A stretch of DNA of 55,990 bases from a virus (taxonomy: Duplodnaviria > Caudoviricetes): positions 1 through 55,990 of IMG/VR virus record IMGVR_UViG_3300030116_005147; one strand, given 5' to 3'. Both the position numbers and the translations under genes were made by a program. The notes beneath the pieces were generated by a model. It made no database searches, was not told where the DNA came from, and worked only from the letters and a program-made list of their open reading frames with translations. Of the stretch, positions 43,671 through 54,003 are shown in pieces; positions within the stretch are counted from its first letter, which is position 1, and every line of letters starts with the position of its first letter.

Positions 43671-44210
43671 ATGCATGCTGCAGATGTTGCTATTGACATT
43701 ACGGAAGTTGATTCTTCTGCGATGTATCCTCTCGGTCAGGAGTTCTACGCTCCGGCTACTTCTCAGGCTTCTGTCACTACGTCGAAGCCGCCTGCTAACA
43801 CTGGTCCTCGTGTCTGGGTCTACGTCTACAATGATGAAACCTCCACTGCGTTTGCGCAGGGACACATCATCATGCGAGATGCAAGCATTACGACTTATGA
43901 CGGACTACTTGCGACGGCTAACGCACCCGCTATTCGGCTTCTTGGTGTAGCTCAACACGCTATTGCTGCTGGAAGCTATGGCTGGATTCTGAAGCGGGGT
44001 ATTGGCGAGGTTCAGGCAAGCGACGGAGGAGACGATCAAGATGATACTGCTCTCGTGCCTGCCGGTTCTGGTCAAGGTCACCCTGTTAATACGGGAACGG
44101 CTGCTGAGATCCCTGCGATCTTTGCATGGGCAACAGAAAATCAGGACCACGGTAGCGCTTCGGCTGCTGCTGGTGACTTGATGACCTGTTGGATCAACTG
44201 CCTCGGATAG
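43671..44210 (+). CDS. Capsid decoration/cement-like protein
   Basis: 179 aa after the MCP; YPLG, WVYV, GVAQHAIAAGSYGWI motifs. Confidence 0.65.
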   Translation: MHAADVAIDITEVDSSAMYPLGQEFYAPATSQASVTTSKPPANTGPRVWVYVYNDETSTAFAQGHIIMRDASITTYDGLLATANAPAIRLLGVAQHAIAAGSYGWILKRGIGEVQASDGGDDQDDTALVPAGSGQGHPVNTGTAAEIPAIFAWATENQDHGSASAAAGDLMTCWINCLG

Positions 44211-44219
44211 GACTGAGAT

Positions 44220-45656
44220 ATGAACCTAGGTGATGTCCGCAAGCGTGTATTGGAGCAACTGGATTGGCAACCAACCCAGTCCGCTGACTTCGTCGCGCTT
44301 GTGGACCGCCTTATCAATCGGAGCTACCAGACCTTGTGTCGGGAAGCTCCGTACCTTTTCTGGGAAAAGAAGGTACGCTTTGCTACGCAAGCGGATACGA
44401 CGAGCGTCTCAGGCGTTACGGCGGACCGACTTGCTGTTTACTCTACTGATAAATACGTTCTTGAACGTGCCGAGTCTCCTACCGGAGGTGCGACGTGGGT
44501 AACCGACGGCACCTGGGATGGTAGGCAGATAGAGGTCACAGATTCCGCTGGTCAAACGCATCGGCGTAGAATCCGACAGGTTTGGAACCATAGCAGCGAT
44601 GCTAAAGATCGCATCTCTATCGATCGCCCCTGGCCCAACAACACAGATACTGCGATGACGTATCGTATCTTTACGGACAACTACTACTTGCCCGAAGACA
44701 CGATAGAGCTTCGCTCCGCTACTCTTTTTACAGACACAAACTACCGACTGACTGTTGCTACGCAGTACGACATGGAGCGATATCAGCTTCAAGATTTTAA
44801 GGGTCGGTTTACCGCACGTCCCGAAGTTATCTACCGAGGGCCTCCGTTTCGTCTCGACGCACCCACGCTTGCGCCTGAAGTGTCTCTAAGCAAAGACGGC
44901 TGGCAAGGCACAGCCCCGGCTGGTGAGTTTGACTACGTCTACACATACTGCTGGGGACGTAGAGACGCTGACTACGATACTGCTTTAGGCAAGAAAGCAC
45001 CTAAGTGGGAAAGCCCGCCAAGTCCTATTTCTACAAAGCAAGCGACTACGTATTCTGGTCGAGCCATTTCTGTAGAAGTTCCTGACATTGACTTTATGTT
45101 GAACTTCGGCTCTTCTGCTACCAAACGTTTTAATCGCTCTGGTTACTTTATTCGTATCTATGCTCGACGTTACAGTCGCGACGGAGGGCCCCGCATCGAA
45201 ACGCCAGAAGTATTCTTCTTGGTCGGTGAGATATCAGGCTCTGCAGAGACATACACACACGACGGTTCAGAGTTTTTAGATTATCAAAACAGGCTACGAG
45301 ACATCCACGGATACCAGTCTGTTAGTTTGTATCCTATGCCTGATGCTCGTTACGAAGTGGACTTGCGTGTGCTTGCGCGACCCAAGCCATTGGTCAATGA
45401 CCAGGACACACCACAGATTCACGAGGACGGAACTGAGGCTTTGATTCTTAAGACGTTGTATATGCTACATCGTCACAACGGAAGCGAGCAGTCCGCTTTG
45501 GTATCTCAAGAAGAATACGATCGAACGCTTCGTAATCTAACAAAGCGATACGGGTCGATTCCCTATCAACACATACAAAAGCGCCCAGCGCGTGTATATT
45601 CTCACGGCTCTAGAGTTACTCGACGAGCGGTGGTCGGAACAATCAAGGAGTTGTAA
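44220..45656 (+). CDS. Head-tail adaptor protein with inserted domains
   Basis: MNLGDVRKRV...LINRSYQ N-terminus and LYPMPD...DTPQIHE...AL C-terminus typical of podovirus adaptors. Confidence 0.65.
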   Translation: MNLGDVRKRVLEQLDWQPTQSADFVALVDRLINRSYQTLCREAPYLFWEKKVRFATQADTTSVSGVTADRLAVYSTDKYVLERAESPTGGATWVTDGTWDGRQIEVTDSAGQTHRRRIRQVWNHSSDAKDRISIDRPWPNNTDTAMTYRIFTDNYYLPEDTIELRSATLFTDTNYRLTVATQYDMERYQLQDFKGRFTARPEVIYRGPPFRLDAPTLAPEVSLSKDGWQGTAPAGEFDYVYTYCWGRRDADYDTALGKKAPKWESPPSPISTKQATTYSGRAISVEVPDIDFMLNFGSSATKRFNRSGYFIRIYARRYSRDGGPRIETPEVFFLVGEISGSAETYTHDGSEFLDYQNRLRDIHGYQSVSLYPMPDARYEVDLRVLARPKPLVNDQDTPQIHEDGTEALILKTLYMLHRHNGSEQSALVSQEEYDRTLRNLTKRYGSIPYQHIQKRPARVYSHGSRVTRRAVVGTIKEL

Positions 45657-46030
45657 TGAGCAAACCAGTTAGCATCAAAGAAATCGATCCCGAGATTCTT
45701 TTGTACAAACGTGAAACAAAAGAAGGGCCTGAGTTTCGTATGGTTCTTTCCGGTTCTTTTAACACCACTCAGAAACGTTGGCGGGTTTGGGTTGCTGACC
45801 CTGTTCGTGGGCTTGTGCAAGAAACCAACCTGTCCAACGAGATGGGTCGCTGGGAAACGGTTAGTCTTGTAACGAGCGACAACGTCAATAAGATTGTCTT
45901 GGAAGCTACCAAGCCACTTATCGATCGAATCGCTGCGTTGGAAGCAAAACTTAATGTAGATACTGTAAACCAGCCTGTTAAGCGCGGACGAGGTCGTCCC
46001 CGTAAATCCGAGGCAGTCGCTGCTGAGTAA
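45656..46030 (+). CDS. Hypothetical protein with C-terminal AT-hook-like motif
   Basis: 124 aa ending KRGRGRPRK. Confidence 0.6.
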   Translation: MSKPVSIKEIDPEILLYKRETKEGPEFRMVLSGSFNTTQKRWRVWVADPVRGLVQETNLSNEMGRWETVSLVTSDNVNKIVLEATKPLIDRIAALEAKLNVDTVNQPVKRGRGRPRKSEAVAAE

Positions 46031-46041
46031 GGAACAAATCG

Positions 46042-48186
46042 ATGGCCCCAAAGGTTTATGATACGGGGATTCTTCCGTTACGGACAGAATCTGGAAAGAC
46101 CCTTGGGCCGGTAGAAGTAGCTGCGGAGATACAGAACTTTGAAGTCACGTCGCAAGGAACGCTACGAACTGTTCGGGGGCCTATTCCTGTCTACCCTGAC
46201 TATGGGGACCAGTTGTCTTATTCGTACGGCAACGTACACGGCGTCTTCCACGCGCTACTTAAAGAAGGCAAAAGGGATGTTCTCCTCGCGCATTTCGGAG
46301 ACAAGGTCTACGTTTACGATGGATGGGATCAATCCCCTCCAACCAGCCCCTGGAGAGTTATCATCGGCAGCACTACCGGGACTCCTCCGGGGGTTGCTGC
46401 AGAATTAGTAGATACAACTACGCCGCAGTTTCCTACTCAGTTTGAGCTTGTGTCTAACGGCATTGTCATTATGCCTCAGAACGGTAGCCGTGCTTTCTTC
46501 TATGACGGAGAGGTTTGCACGGAACTGGGGTACGACGCTGCGCCGGGTGCTCCGTACGCTTACGGACCAGACAGTACGACCACTACGTTGGCGGACATGG
46601 CTGGCGATGACAATGGCGGCTTTGACGTATCTGGCGAAACGATGCAGGAGTTTTTTGGTAAAGGTCGTCTGGGCACGGTGGGCACAGAGTACAACGAAAA
46701 CGGGGCTGCCGAGTATGTGTTGAAGGCCAGTCGGTATGCCTATGCGTATCGTTGGGTAGATCGCTGGGGCAACCTGTCTCCGCTGTCTGCAAGGTCCAAC
46801 ACCATTAACTGGAGAAAGCAAAGCGCAGAAGATTTTGGGGATGATGCTTCGGCAACATCCTCACTTGCAGATGCTCGTTTAAAACAACTTACCTTGGCAA
46901 GCGTACAGCCAGGTCCAGAAAGAACCATAGGACGAGATGTTTATCGTACTCGCGATTTACTAAACAGCGGCTTTGCTGACTTGTACAACATACTAAGCGT
47001 GTCTGGGGGAACTGTTTCTGCCAACAAGGCTACGATTCCCGATAACAGTTCTACTTTGTTTCCTGACAACAACCCAGATTCTTGGTTGGTTTTGTCTGCT
47101 GAGGAAACAGACCCTATGCCTGCGGTTCGCTTTGGTCGCTTGGCATTTGGCCGGATGTGGTACAATCCTGTATCAAACCCATCGGCTTTGATTGGTACGT
47201 TACCGGGTCGTTGGGGCACACCAGAAAAAAACCAGATTATCTTTCCTGACGCCAGCGGCGGCGCTTTGACAGGAGCATGGCCAACACAAGGCGGCTTGTT
47301 GGTCTTTACGCAGACATCTACGTTTGTTCTTGTGCCTTTTGACGACGGCATTGGTTTTCGGGCTGCTACTTTGGATGCGTCTAAAGGATGCGTTGCGCCT
47401 TCCAGCATTGCCAATCTTCCGAACGGAACAGTTATGTGGCTGGGCCGAGAGGGCTTTTATTTGTACGACGGTCAGCAGATTGTGCTTGCGTCTGAGGCAG
47501 TGCGAGAACTAACAGAACGTATCAACGCAGGTCGCGCTCTACAGGCGTGTGCTGCTGTAGATCCAACAACAAGAGAGTATCGTTGTTGGGTTCCGATTGA
47601 TGGATCTCGCGAAAACAATCTTTGTTTAATCTGGGACGGCGATGGGTGGCGCAGAAGAACAGGAGAAAACCTGGTTTCTGTTTGTGTGACTAAAGACCAC
47701 CGAAGCGCAATGATAGGCGGTGGAATAGTAAACAAAGGAAACGGCGTCTTTGTACTGGACCGAGAATCGACTGCGTATACTGCTCCTACTCGCGAGTCGG
47801 TAATGGAAACAAGCTGGTTAGAGTGGCCACGATCGCGTGAACGTAAGAGCCCGATGTCGGTGTACGTGCTTTTGCGCGAGTACAGCAACGCTACTTTTGA
47901 AGTAGAGGTGTATCGCGATTGGAGGAAGACCAAGGCGGTGTACACTACCAAAGCTACGCAAATGGTTAGCCCGGAAGACACGCCCGCACTGTGGGGCACG
48001 ACTGAGTGGGACCAAGCAGCAGAGCCAAACCAGTGGGTTAAGCGTCGTCCGTTTTGGAAACAGTTAGATGTTTATGTTCCAAGTTGCGAAACATACAAGA
48101 TTCGTATTTCTACAACTGCTAAAATAGAGTTCGTTGCTTTGAGTGTAGACGAAATGCCCAAGGCAGAGCGGTCACGGATTCCATAA
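46042..48186 (+). CDS. Tail nozzle/stabilisation protein (P22 gp10/T7 gp12-like beta-propeller)
   Basis: 714 aa beta-rich; NFEV...GTL, GCVAPSSI, WLGREGFYLYDG motifs. Confidence 0.7.
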   Translation: MAPKVYDTGILPLRTESGKTLGPVEVAAEIQNFEVTSQGTLRTVRGPIPVYPDYGDQLSYSYGNVHGVFHALLKEGKRDVLLAHFGDKVYVYDGWDQSPPTSPWRVIIGSTTGTPPGVAAELVDTTTPQFPTQFELVSNGIVIMPQNGSRAFFYDGEVCTELGYDAAPGAPYAYGPDSTTTTLADMAGDDNGGFDVSGETMQEFFGKGRLGTVGTEYNENGAAEYVLKASRYAYAYRWVDRWGNLSPLSARSNTINWRKQSAEDFGDDASATSSLADARLKQLTLASVQPGPERTIGRDVYRTRDLLNSGFADLYNILSVSGGTVSANKATIPDNSSTLFPDNNPDSWLVLSAEETDPMPAVRFGRLAFGRMWYNPVSNPSALIGTLPGRWGTPEKNQIIFPDASGGALTGAWPTQGGLLVFTQTSTFVLVPFDDGIGFRAATLDASKGCVAPSSIANLPNGTVMWLGREGFYLYDGQQIVLASEAVRELTERINAGRALQACAAVDPTTREYRCWVPIDGSRENNLCLIWDGDGWRRRTGENLVSVCVTKDHRSAMIGGGIVNKGNGVFVLDRESTAYTAPTRESVMETSWLEWPRSRERKSPMSVYVLLREYSNATFEVEVYRDWRKTKAVYTTKATQMVSPEDTPALWGTTEWDQAAEPNQWVKRRPFWKQLDVYVPSCETYKIRISTTAKIEFVALSVDEMPKAERSRIP

Positions 48187-48860
48187 TGGCACAACGATTT
48201 CCAAAACATAATCCTAAGAACGGAGACGTTATGGACGTAGAAGTCTATAACGAGAGTCTCCGTCCTGTAGTAGAAGAGCTTGGCGGCAGACTAAACGAAA
48301 ACAACTGGAAGACAGGTGCTGTTTCTTCCATAGAGGATTGTTCTGCCGATTACGTCTTGCGCGTAGCCCACAGCAACCAGGCTGTAAACTGGAGCAATAG
48401 TTTTGATTCTGTAGGTCAGCCGTCTGCAAATCCTACTAATGCTTTCAAAGTCAGTCCTGTCATGGAGTGGCAGGTCATAGTAGGCATGAATGTTTCGTTT
48501 ACGTCCCGAGGCTTGTTGCTTTGGGTGATGGGCTCTTTGCAGTATGACGGTGCTGAGGTTGCAAGCAGTGCGGATTATTATTCGTACTTAGAATTTGGTC
48601 TGCAGTTCGGTATTCGCGTCAATGGGTTGGTTGTAGAGGAAAGTATTATAGGCGGTTTGGAAAGGTCTAATGACGTAAAGGGAGAGGGATACGGTTGCGA
48701 CATTGCTCCTGTGGTGTTTGATGCGCTTGTTCCTGTGCCTCCTGGTGCGGTTACTGTTGAGGCAGTAGTTAGAATGCCGAAGAACACAGATTTCAAAACA
48801 TCCAGCGATTACTATTTTGAGATCTTCAACAGAGAACTGATTGTTATAGAGGCACACTAA
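48186..48860 (+). CDS. Putative tail protein
   Basis: 224 aa; short N-terminal attachment-like segment plus beta domain. Confidence 0.55.
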   Translation: MAQRFPKHNPKNGDVMDVEVYNESLRPVVEELGGRLNENNWKTGAVSSIEDCSADYVLRVAHSNQAVNWSNSFDSVGQPSANPTNAFKVSPVMEWQVIVGMNVSFTSRGLLLWVMGSLQYDGAEVASSADYYSYLEFGLQFGIRVNGLVVEESIIGGLERSNDVKGEGYGCDIAPVVFDALVPVPPGAVTVEAVVRMPKNTDFKTSSDYYFEIFNRELIVIEAH

Positions 48861-49609
48861 TGGCTGTTAACTATGTAGAAATAGAAGAAGGCCAGGTTGT
48901 TTCTGCTTCTGTAGCAAACGCCAGCTTGGAAGCTGTTCGTACCGAAGTCAATGACTTAGACGAAACGTCTATTGAGAAGAACACACTGCACAGAGAGCAT
49001 TTACCAAGCACTGTGTTGAGTGCCCATACTACGGGTATTTCTGGAACGGACCATACATACACAGCATCTGCGTATCCATATCCTGGTTGGAACACGGTAT
49101 CTGGGTGGGCTACTACTGGTTTAGATACTCAGGTACAAAGCTTGTTTTTGTCCAGAGAGAAGACAGCAGGCATTTTGGTTCTGGCTAACATTAACGTCAA
49201 AGACATTAGCGGTATCTGGGGCATCTCGGCTGCTTCGTCTACTACTGCGTATCACCCAAGTTGGATGGCTGTGTTTGCAATACAGTTTCGTGCTGGTGGT
49301 GCTTGGCGGCATGTTGCTCGGACTGAGCGATACGTAGAGATGGACACGGGCGACGATAATGACTTTTTAAACAGCACACCAAAGACTGCAGTTAAGTACG
49401 CTACTGATTTGTTGGGTAAAGACGTTGCTATTCGTACCTTGATTAAGGAATCCGACAATCCTTCGGGCATGTCAGTAGACGCTGTTCGGTTGGTCGTAGC
49501 TGTAAAAATACCGTATTTAGCATCGCCGTCTTCTATTCGGGAAACCACTGTTACGCTTAGACAAGGTAATATAAGCGCGATTGCGCTACAAGCGGGAGAG
49601 ATTAGCTGA
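48860..49609 (+). CDS. Putative tail protein
   Basis: 249 aa, similar layout to its neighbours. Confidence 0.55.
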   Translation: MAVNYVEIEEGQVVSASVANASLEAVRTEVNDLDETSIEKNTLHREHLPSTVLSAHTTGISGTDHTYTASAYPYPGWNTVSGWATTGLDTQVQSLFLSREKTAGILVLANINVKDISGIWGISAASSTTAYHPSWMAVFAIQFRAGGAWRHVARTERYVEMDTGDDNDFLNSTPKTAVKYATDLLGKDVAIRTLIKESDNPSGMSVDAVRLVVAVKIPYLASPSSIRETTVTLRQGNISAIALQAGEIS

Positions 49610-50304
49610 TGCCTGACATTACGTACCCGCATAGTTTTTCTACTGGCGTAACCGACGCTCAGCAGTTTGCTGAGAACATCTACGATCCAAACGCTGCTCC
49701 AGACTCTTTGGATGTAATCAACGGGTTTTTGGACAACGATAACAGAGAGCCCGGTTGGGACATTGACCACACGCATGTTCGTAGCTTGAGCATGGCGTCT
49801 GGTCAGATGGTGGGCGCGACTGCAAACGCAGACTACCTTGCGGCGTTGTTTCCTGTAGAGGCAACCAGCACCGAAAAGTACAAAGAGATGACGCCTGTTG
49901 CAGGTTGCTCTCTTTCCTTTTTCTGCCCTACAGACGCTGCTGTTGGCATTTTTACTTGGCAAGTGACTGTGTCTAACGATTCTCGCACCGATTCTGGTGC
50001 AGAACTAAATCCGGTGTTGATGTTTTTTATAGACGACGTTCATAAGAAGGAAACGTTTCGTACCCTTCCGGGCACGATGGACTCTGCTGTTGCTACTACG
50101 AAGAACGTTTATAGAGATCGAGTCTACTCGGGTCACTACACTATGGCTCCTTTAGATACTGCAACGCTTACTGCTGGTTGGCACACAGCCAGTCTTCGTG
50201 TGTTGATGCCTGGAGACACGTCTATTTTGTCTTCTTCGTACACTACGCGAAACCCGCTTGTGCGTTTTCGTGTTAGAAACTTTAAAGTGTTTTGGCTTGC
50301 TTAG
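49609..50304 (+). CDS. Putative tail protein
   Basis: 231 aa, ITYPHSFSTG fibre-like N-terminus. Confidence 0.55.
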   Translation: MPDITYPHSFSTGVTDAQQFAENIYDPNAAPDSLDVINGFLDNDNREPGWDIDHTHVRSLSMASGQMVGATANADYLAALFPVEATSTEKYKEMTPVAGCSLSFFCPTDAAVGIFTWQVTVSNDSRTDSGAELNPVLMFFIDDVHKKETFRTLPGTMDSAVATTKNVYRDRVYSGHYTMAPLDTATLTAGWHTASLRVLMPGDTSILSSSYTTRNPLVRFRVRNFKVFWLA

Positions 50305-50316
50305 GAGGAAGGAGTA

Positions 50317-50871
50317 ATGTTTCCAGGTCTGCGTGCGGTTGGCGGTGTCTTAGCGGCTAAAAACAAAGATACGTTGAAAGATAAAATCAAGGGAGCTTTT
50401 GACCCTGGCGTTTCTTTTGGCGATGTCAAGGATGCTTTTTCTGCTCAATACGACCAGCTTGAGGAGCTTCAGAAACAAGATCCCGAGGGACTAACAGAGT
50501 CTCAGAAAGACGCAGCAATGACAAGAAGTGCTGAGGCAGCGACAAAAACAATAGCTGCTCAACAGAAAGCACTTGCTGACCCTACTGCTGTTGGAACGCC
50601 GGACGCTCGATCTATCTCAAGAGCACAGGCTATTACTGGCGAGGGAGCCAAGCAGATTGCTTCGGGGGCTGCACAAACAGCCGCTGAAATAGAACGTTTG
50701 TCAGAAGAGCTTGAGCTTTCTGAAAGAGACAGGAAGTCAGCAGAAATACAACAGCTATTATCAAACATCGCAGCCTATCGAGAAATGCGTAGCCAGCGTC
50801 TAAACAAAATCTTTGGCGGCGTAGGAGCGGCAGCCGGTTCTGTTTTAGGCGAAGTTACTGAGATGGATTAG
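50317..50871 (+). CDS. Putative small ejection protein
   Basis: 184 aa helical, Ala/Gln-rich with C-terminal IFGGVGAAAGSVLG glycine-zipper. Confidence 0.5.
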   Translation: MFPGLRAVGGVLAAKNKDTLKDKIKGAFDPGVSFGDVKDAFSAQYDQLEELQKQDPEGLTESQKDAAMTRSAEAATKTIAAQQKALADPTAVGTPDARSISRAQAITGEGAKQIASGAAQTAAEIERLSEELELSERDRKSAEIQQLLSNIAAYREMRSQRLNKIFGGVGAAAGSVLGEVTEMD

Positions 50872-50880
50872 GGGAATACG

Positions 50881-53800
50881 ATGGATCTATTTAGCGAAAT
50901 AGAAAAACTCAAGGGTGATGACTTAGTGGAAGCTCGGGCTCTTTTGCTGTTATTTCAAAAAGTTAACATACCTTTAGATACCATTGTCAAAGCGTTTAAC
51001 GAAAGCGAAGAGCGTCCTGACAAGGTTATTGATTTTTTAAGAAAACAAGCAAACGACAGCGAAGATGCTAGAGCTTATGTCTACGAGGGATATGAAGGAG
51101 GAGCGCAGCGGGTTGCCGATCTTTTTGCACAAGCAGAAACTACAAGATTGTCTGACATATTGCCTCAAGCAACTGCTCCACAGACCGTTGCTGACGAGCC
51201 TGTTGTTGAAGACTTAAAAGAAGAAGCAAGTGACCTTGCGCCTGAAGTCGTAGAAGAAGCCTTGACTATTCCGCAACGCTTGTCTGGCATCATCCCTTCT
51301 CGTCGTCGGTTAGAACAAGAGTTGGATTCAGACCTTATAGAAAAGGCTACTGAGCTACGGAAGTTAGACAGACAGAAAGCTGCTTATGACGCGGCGTTCC
51401 GGGCGGGTAACTTTGCCCGAGAAATGGCTGGTCAAGCTCCGTTGCAGTACGGTTTTGCCCCTGCCATTGCACCTGAAGAGCTAAGTGCAGAAGAAATTGC
51501 GGCACAGAAGACAGCGTTATTGCGTCAAATTTCTGAGCTTCAAAGAGCTAAAGCGCGGCTTTTAGGAGAGCAGCAAAAGAGCGGCAGAGAAAGCGGAAGA
51601 ACACAACGCGAAATCTACCAGATGTTGTTGAAGATGCAAGAAGAGCGCATCAAGACAATGACTGACGCAGAAGAAAAGAGATACAACGATTTGCAGGTTC
51701 GTTTTAAAGAAGCGGGCAAACAAATTGATGACGCAAGAGAAGAGTTAGATCTAAGAAAGAACAAAAAAGCAGGGACTGTTGAGACGGCAGTAACCAAGTA
51801 CTTAGACAACACGTCTGGACTTGGTAGACAAGAAGTGATTCAAGAAGCCTTTAATACCTTACAAGCCGATAAACTTGCCCAGTACTTGCTTATAAAGAGA
51901 ACAGCGGAGGCGTATTCTGCGGATACTATAGTTAACGAGGGAGGCAAGTTTAAAATCGGTCCTCGCACCTTCTTAGATGAAAACGAGTTTGTAGAGGCGG
52001 CATTAACGTTAGGAGTAGATGACGCCAACAGAGACTCTATTCGGCAGGCTTTTAAAGATTTTAAGTCTCAAGCAGTAAGAGTTAATGAGCTTGAGCAAGA
52101 CCAAATAGAGATTCGCAAACAGTTAGATGAGCTTGTTTGGCCGGGCGTATCTAAGTTTTACGCGGACAAACTAAGGACAGCTAACCCTTGGTTTGAGCAG
52201 CAGTTCGGTTCGAGTTCTGGTTTAGGTGTTGTTCAGGCTGCTCCTCCTGCATCAGACATATCGAATGCGTCTTCGTATGTCGCTTCGGTTGCTCCTGGTG
52301 CTGTGCTTGCTGGTTCACAAGTCAAGATGCCTTCTGGCGATGTTGTTTCTTACGATGACTTCGTGTCTCAGTTTCCGAGTGCTATTTATAATCCAGAAAC
52401 GCAATCGTACGGTTCACTGGCCCCGGCTACTCGTTTCTTAGAAGAGACAATCGAGCAGATTCAGGATGAGATTAGTGACCTGGATGAGCCGTCGTTGTCT
52501 GAGATGCAAGAGCGTAAGCAAGAGATTATGGAAGACCCTCGCTTCGATCAGTACATGCAGCGGTTTGGGTATACAGATCCCGAGAAAGCATTTGAGTACT
52601 TCTTAAGCGATTACGCAGCCCGTAGAAAAATCTCTGGTCCTGTCACAGACAGACAGAAGAGAGACGCGGCGATTATGTCCGGTCAAGCCCTGGGCACATT
52701 ACCGCAACGAATCGGGGCTGTCGCAAGAACTGCGCTCGGTCCTGCCGGAAGAGACAGGAGACAACGCAGGCGGCAGGCTATCTTAAACATCTTGAGCCCT
52801 GGTGCTAAGAAGTCTCGCATTACAGAAACAGACGCACGCACGACAGTGCCTACAGAAGACGCACCGGAAACAGCGCCTGCACGGGCTGTCGCTTCTCCAC
52901 CACCCGCACCGACAGAGGAGTCAACCCTTCCTCTTGTTTGGACAGAAGCAGAGGGGACACCTTACGCAAAGTACAGCTTTGATGCCGATGGGAATCTTAC
53001 GATGACCCGTTACAACCCCGAAACGAAAGCGTACGACGGCGAGACAAAGATTATAGATCCTGACAAAAACAAGAAAGCATACGATGCGATTACAGCGTTG
53101 CGTTCTAATCCTGAAAAAGGAAAAGGCTTGGTCTTTCCAGAGAAACCAGCTTCCGGTGCCGATGCCGAAACACAAACTGCTGTAGGTAGAGCAGTAGTGC
53201 AAGAAGCTGTAGAAGGGAAACAAGCACCTACTGCATTGCCTCGTCAGGTTCCGTTGTCGAAAGAGCAGTTTAAAGACGAGCTTTCTCGCATACCAGATGC
53301 CCCTGAAGACATTCAGATGTCTCCTCTTGAACGACTTCGGTTTGCGTTGGACGAGCGAAGAATGCGTCCTTTGAAAGAGGGCAGCCGTGCTCGCGCTAAG
53401 AGTGAAGCCGAGGGAGCAGCAAGAAGAAAGGATGTCGGCATCAAAGCTGCTGAAGATGCTATCTCTCGCGCAAGGATGCTTGACGAAGAGCCACCCGCTT
53501 GGGCTCTTGCTACTATCGACTCTTTGCCGCTTGCTCCTCAAGACCGAGGAGAGATTAGAGCCGAAGGATCGGAAGCACCGGGTAGCTTGGTAGACCCAGC
53601 CCCCGCGCCGTCCGAGACACCGGGCTCTCCCGGCGGTTCACCTGGAGTTCCTTTAGGCGTGTCTGCTCGGTCAGACGAAGAGCGTCCAAACGTAGGATAT
53701 ATCCAACAAGGCGTAACTACGGCAAAACAACGAACCGGTATTCCAGAGCAAGGAGGAGACGCTTTTCCTTCTGCAATTGCGTATGTTGGAGAGCCAGAGG

Positions 53801-53976
53801 TGTCTTCTAAAATGCCTGCTCCAGACGCAGTAGACTCTACAACCGCAGCAGACCCTACAACCGCAGCAGACCCTACAACCAAAGAAAAAGAGCGCAAGCG
53901 TAAGCAGCGTCTTCTGGATAGACTTCTTGAGAAAGCGTACGAACTTCCTTCTACAGGAGGAGTTCCTACTATCTAA
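50881..53976 (+). CDS. Putative internal virion/ejection protein
   Basis: 1031 aa helical plus Pro-rich low complexity; TTAADP repeats at about 53838-53880. Confidence 0.55.
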   Translation: MDLFSEIEKLKGDDLVEARALLLLFQKVNIPLDTIVKAFNESEERPDKVIDFLRKQANDSEDARAYVYEGYEGGAQRVADLFAQAETTRLSDILPQATAPQTVADEPVVEDLKEEASDLAPEVVEEALTIPQRLSGIIPSRRRLEQELDSDLIEKATELRKLDRQKAAYDAAFRAGNFAREMAGQAPLQYGFAPAIAPEELSAEEIAAQKTALLRQISELQRAKARLLGEQQKSGRESGRTQREIYQMLLKMQEERIKTMTDAEEKRYNDLQVRFKEAGKQIDDAREELDLRKNKKAGTVETAVTKYLDNTSGLGRQEVIQEAFNTLQADKLAQYLLIKRTAEAYSADTIVNEGGKFKIGPRTFLDENEFVEAALTLGVDDANRDSIRQAFKDFKSQAVRVNELEQDQIEIRKQLDELVWPGVSKFYADKLRTANPWFEQQFGSSSGLGVVQAAPPASDISNASSYVASVAPGAVLAGSQVKMPSGDVVSYDDFVSQFPSAIYNPETQSYGSLAPATRFLEETIEQIQDEISDLDEPSLSEMQERKQEIMEDPRFDQYMQRFGYTDPEKAFEYFLSDYAARRKISGPVTDRQKRDAAIMSGQALGTLPQRIGAVARTALGPAGRDRRQRRRQAILNILSPGAKKSRITETDARTTVPTEDAPETAPARAVASPPPAPTEESTLPLVWTEAEGTPYAKYSFDADGNLTMTRYNPETKAYDGETKIIDPDKNKKAYDAITALRSNPEKGKGLVFPEKPASGADAETQTAVGRAVVQEAVEGKQAPTALPRQVPLSKEQFKDELSRIPDAPEDIQMSPLERLRFALDERRMRPLKEGSRARAKSEAEGAARRKDVGIKAAEDAISRARMLDEEPPAWALATIDSLPLAPQDRGEIRAEGSEAPGSLVDPAPAPSETPGSPGGSPGVPLGVSARSDEERPNVGYIQQGVTTAKQRTGIPEQGGDAFPSAIAYVGEPEVSSKMPAPDAVDSTTAADPTTAADPTTKEKERKRKQRLLDRLLEKAYELPSTGGVPTI

Positions 53977-54003
53977 TACATTACGCTGACCCTGGAGGCA
54001 TGC

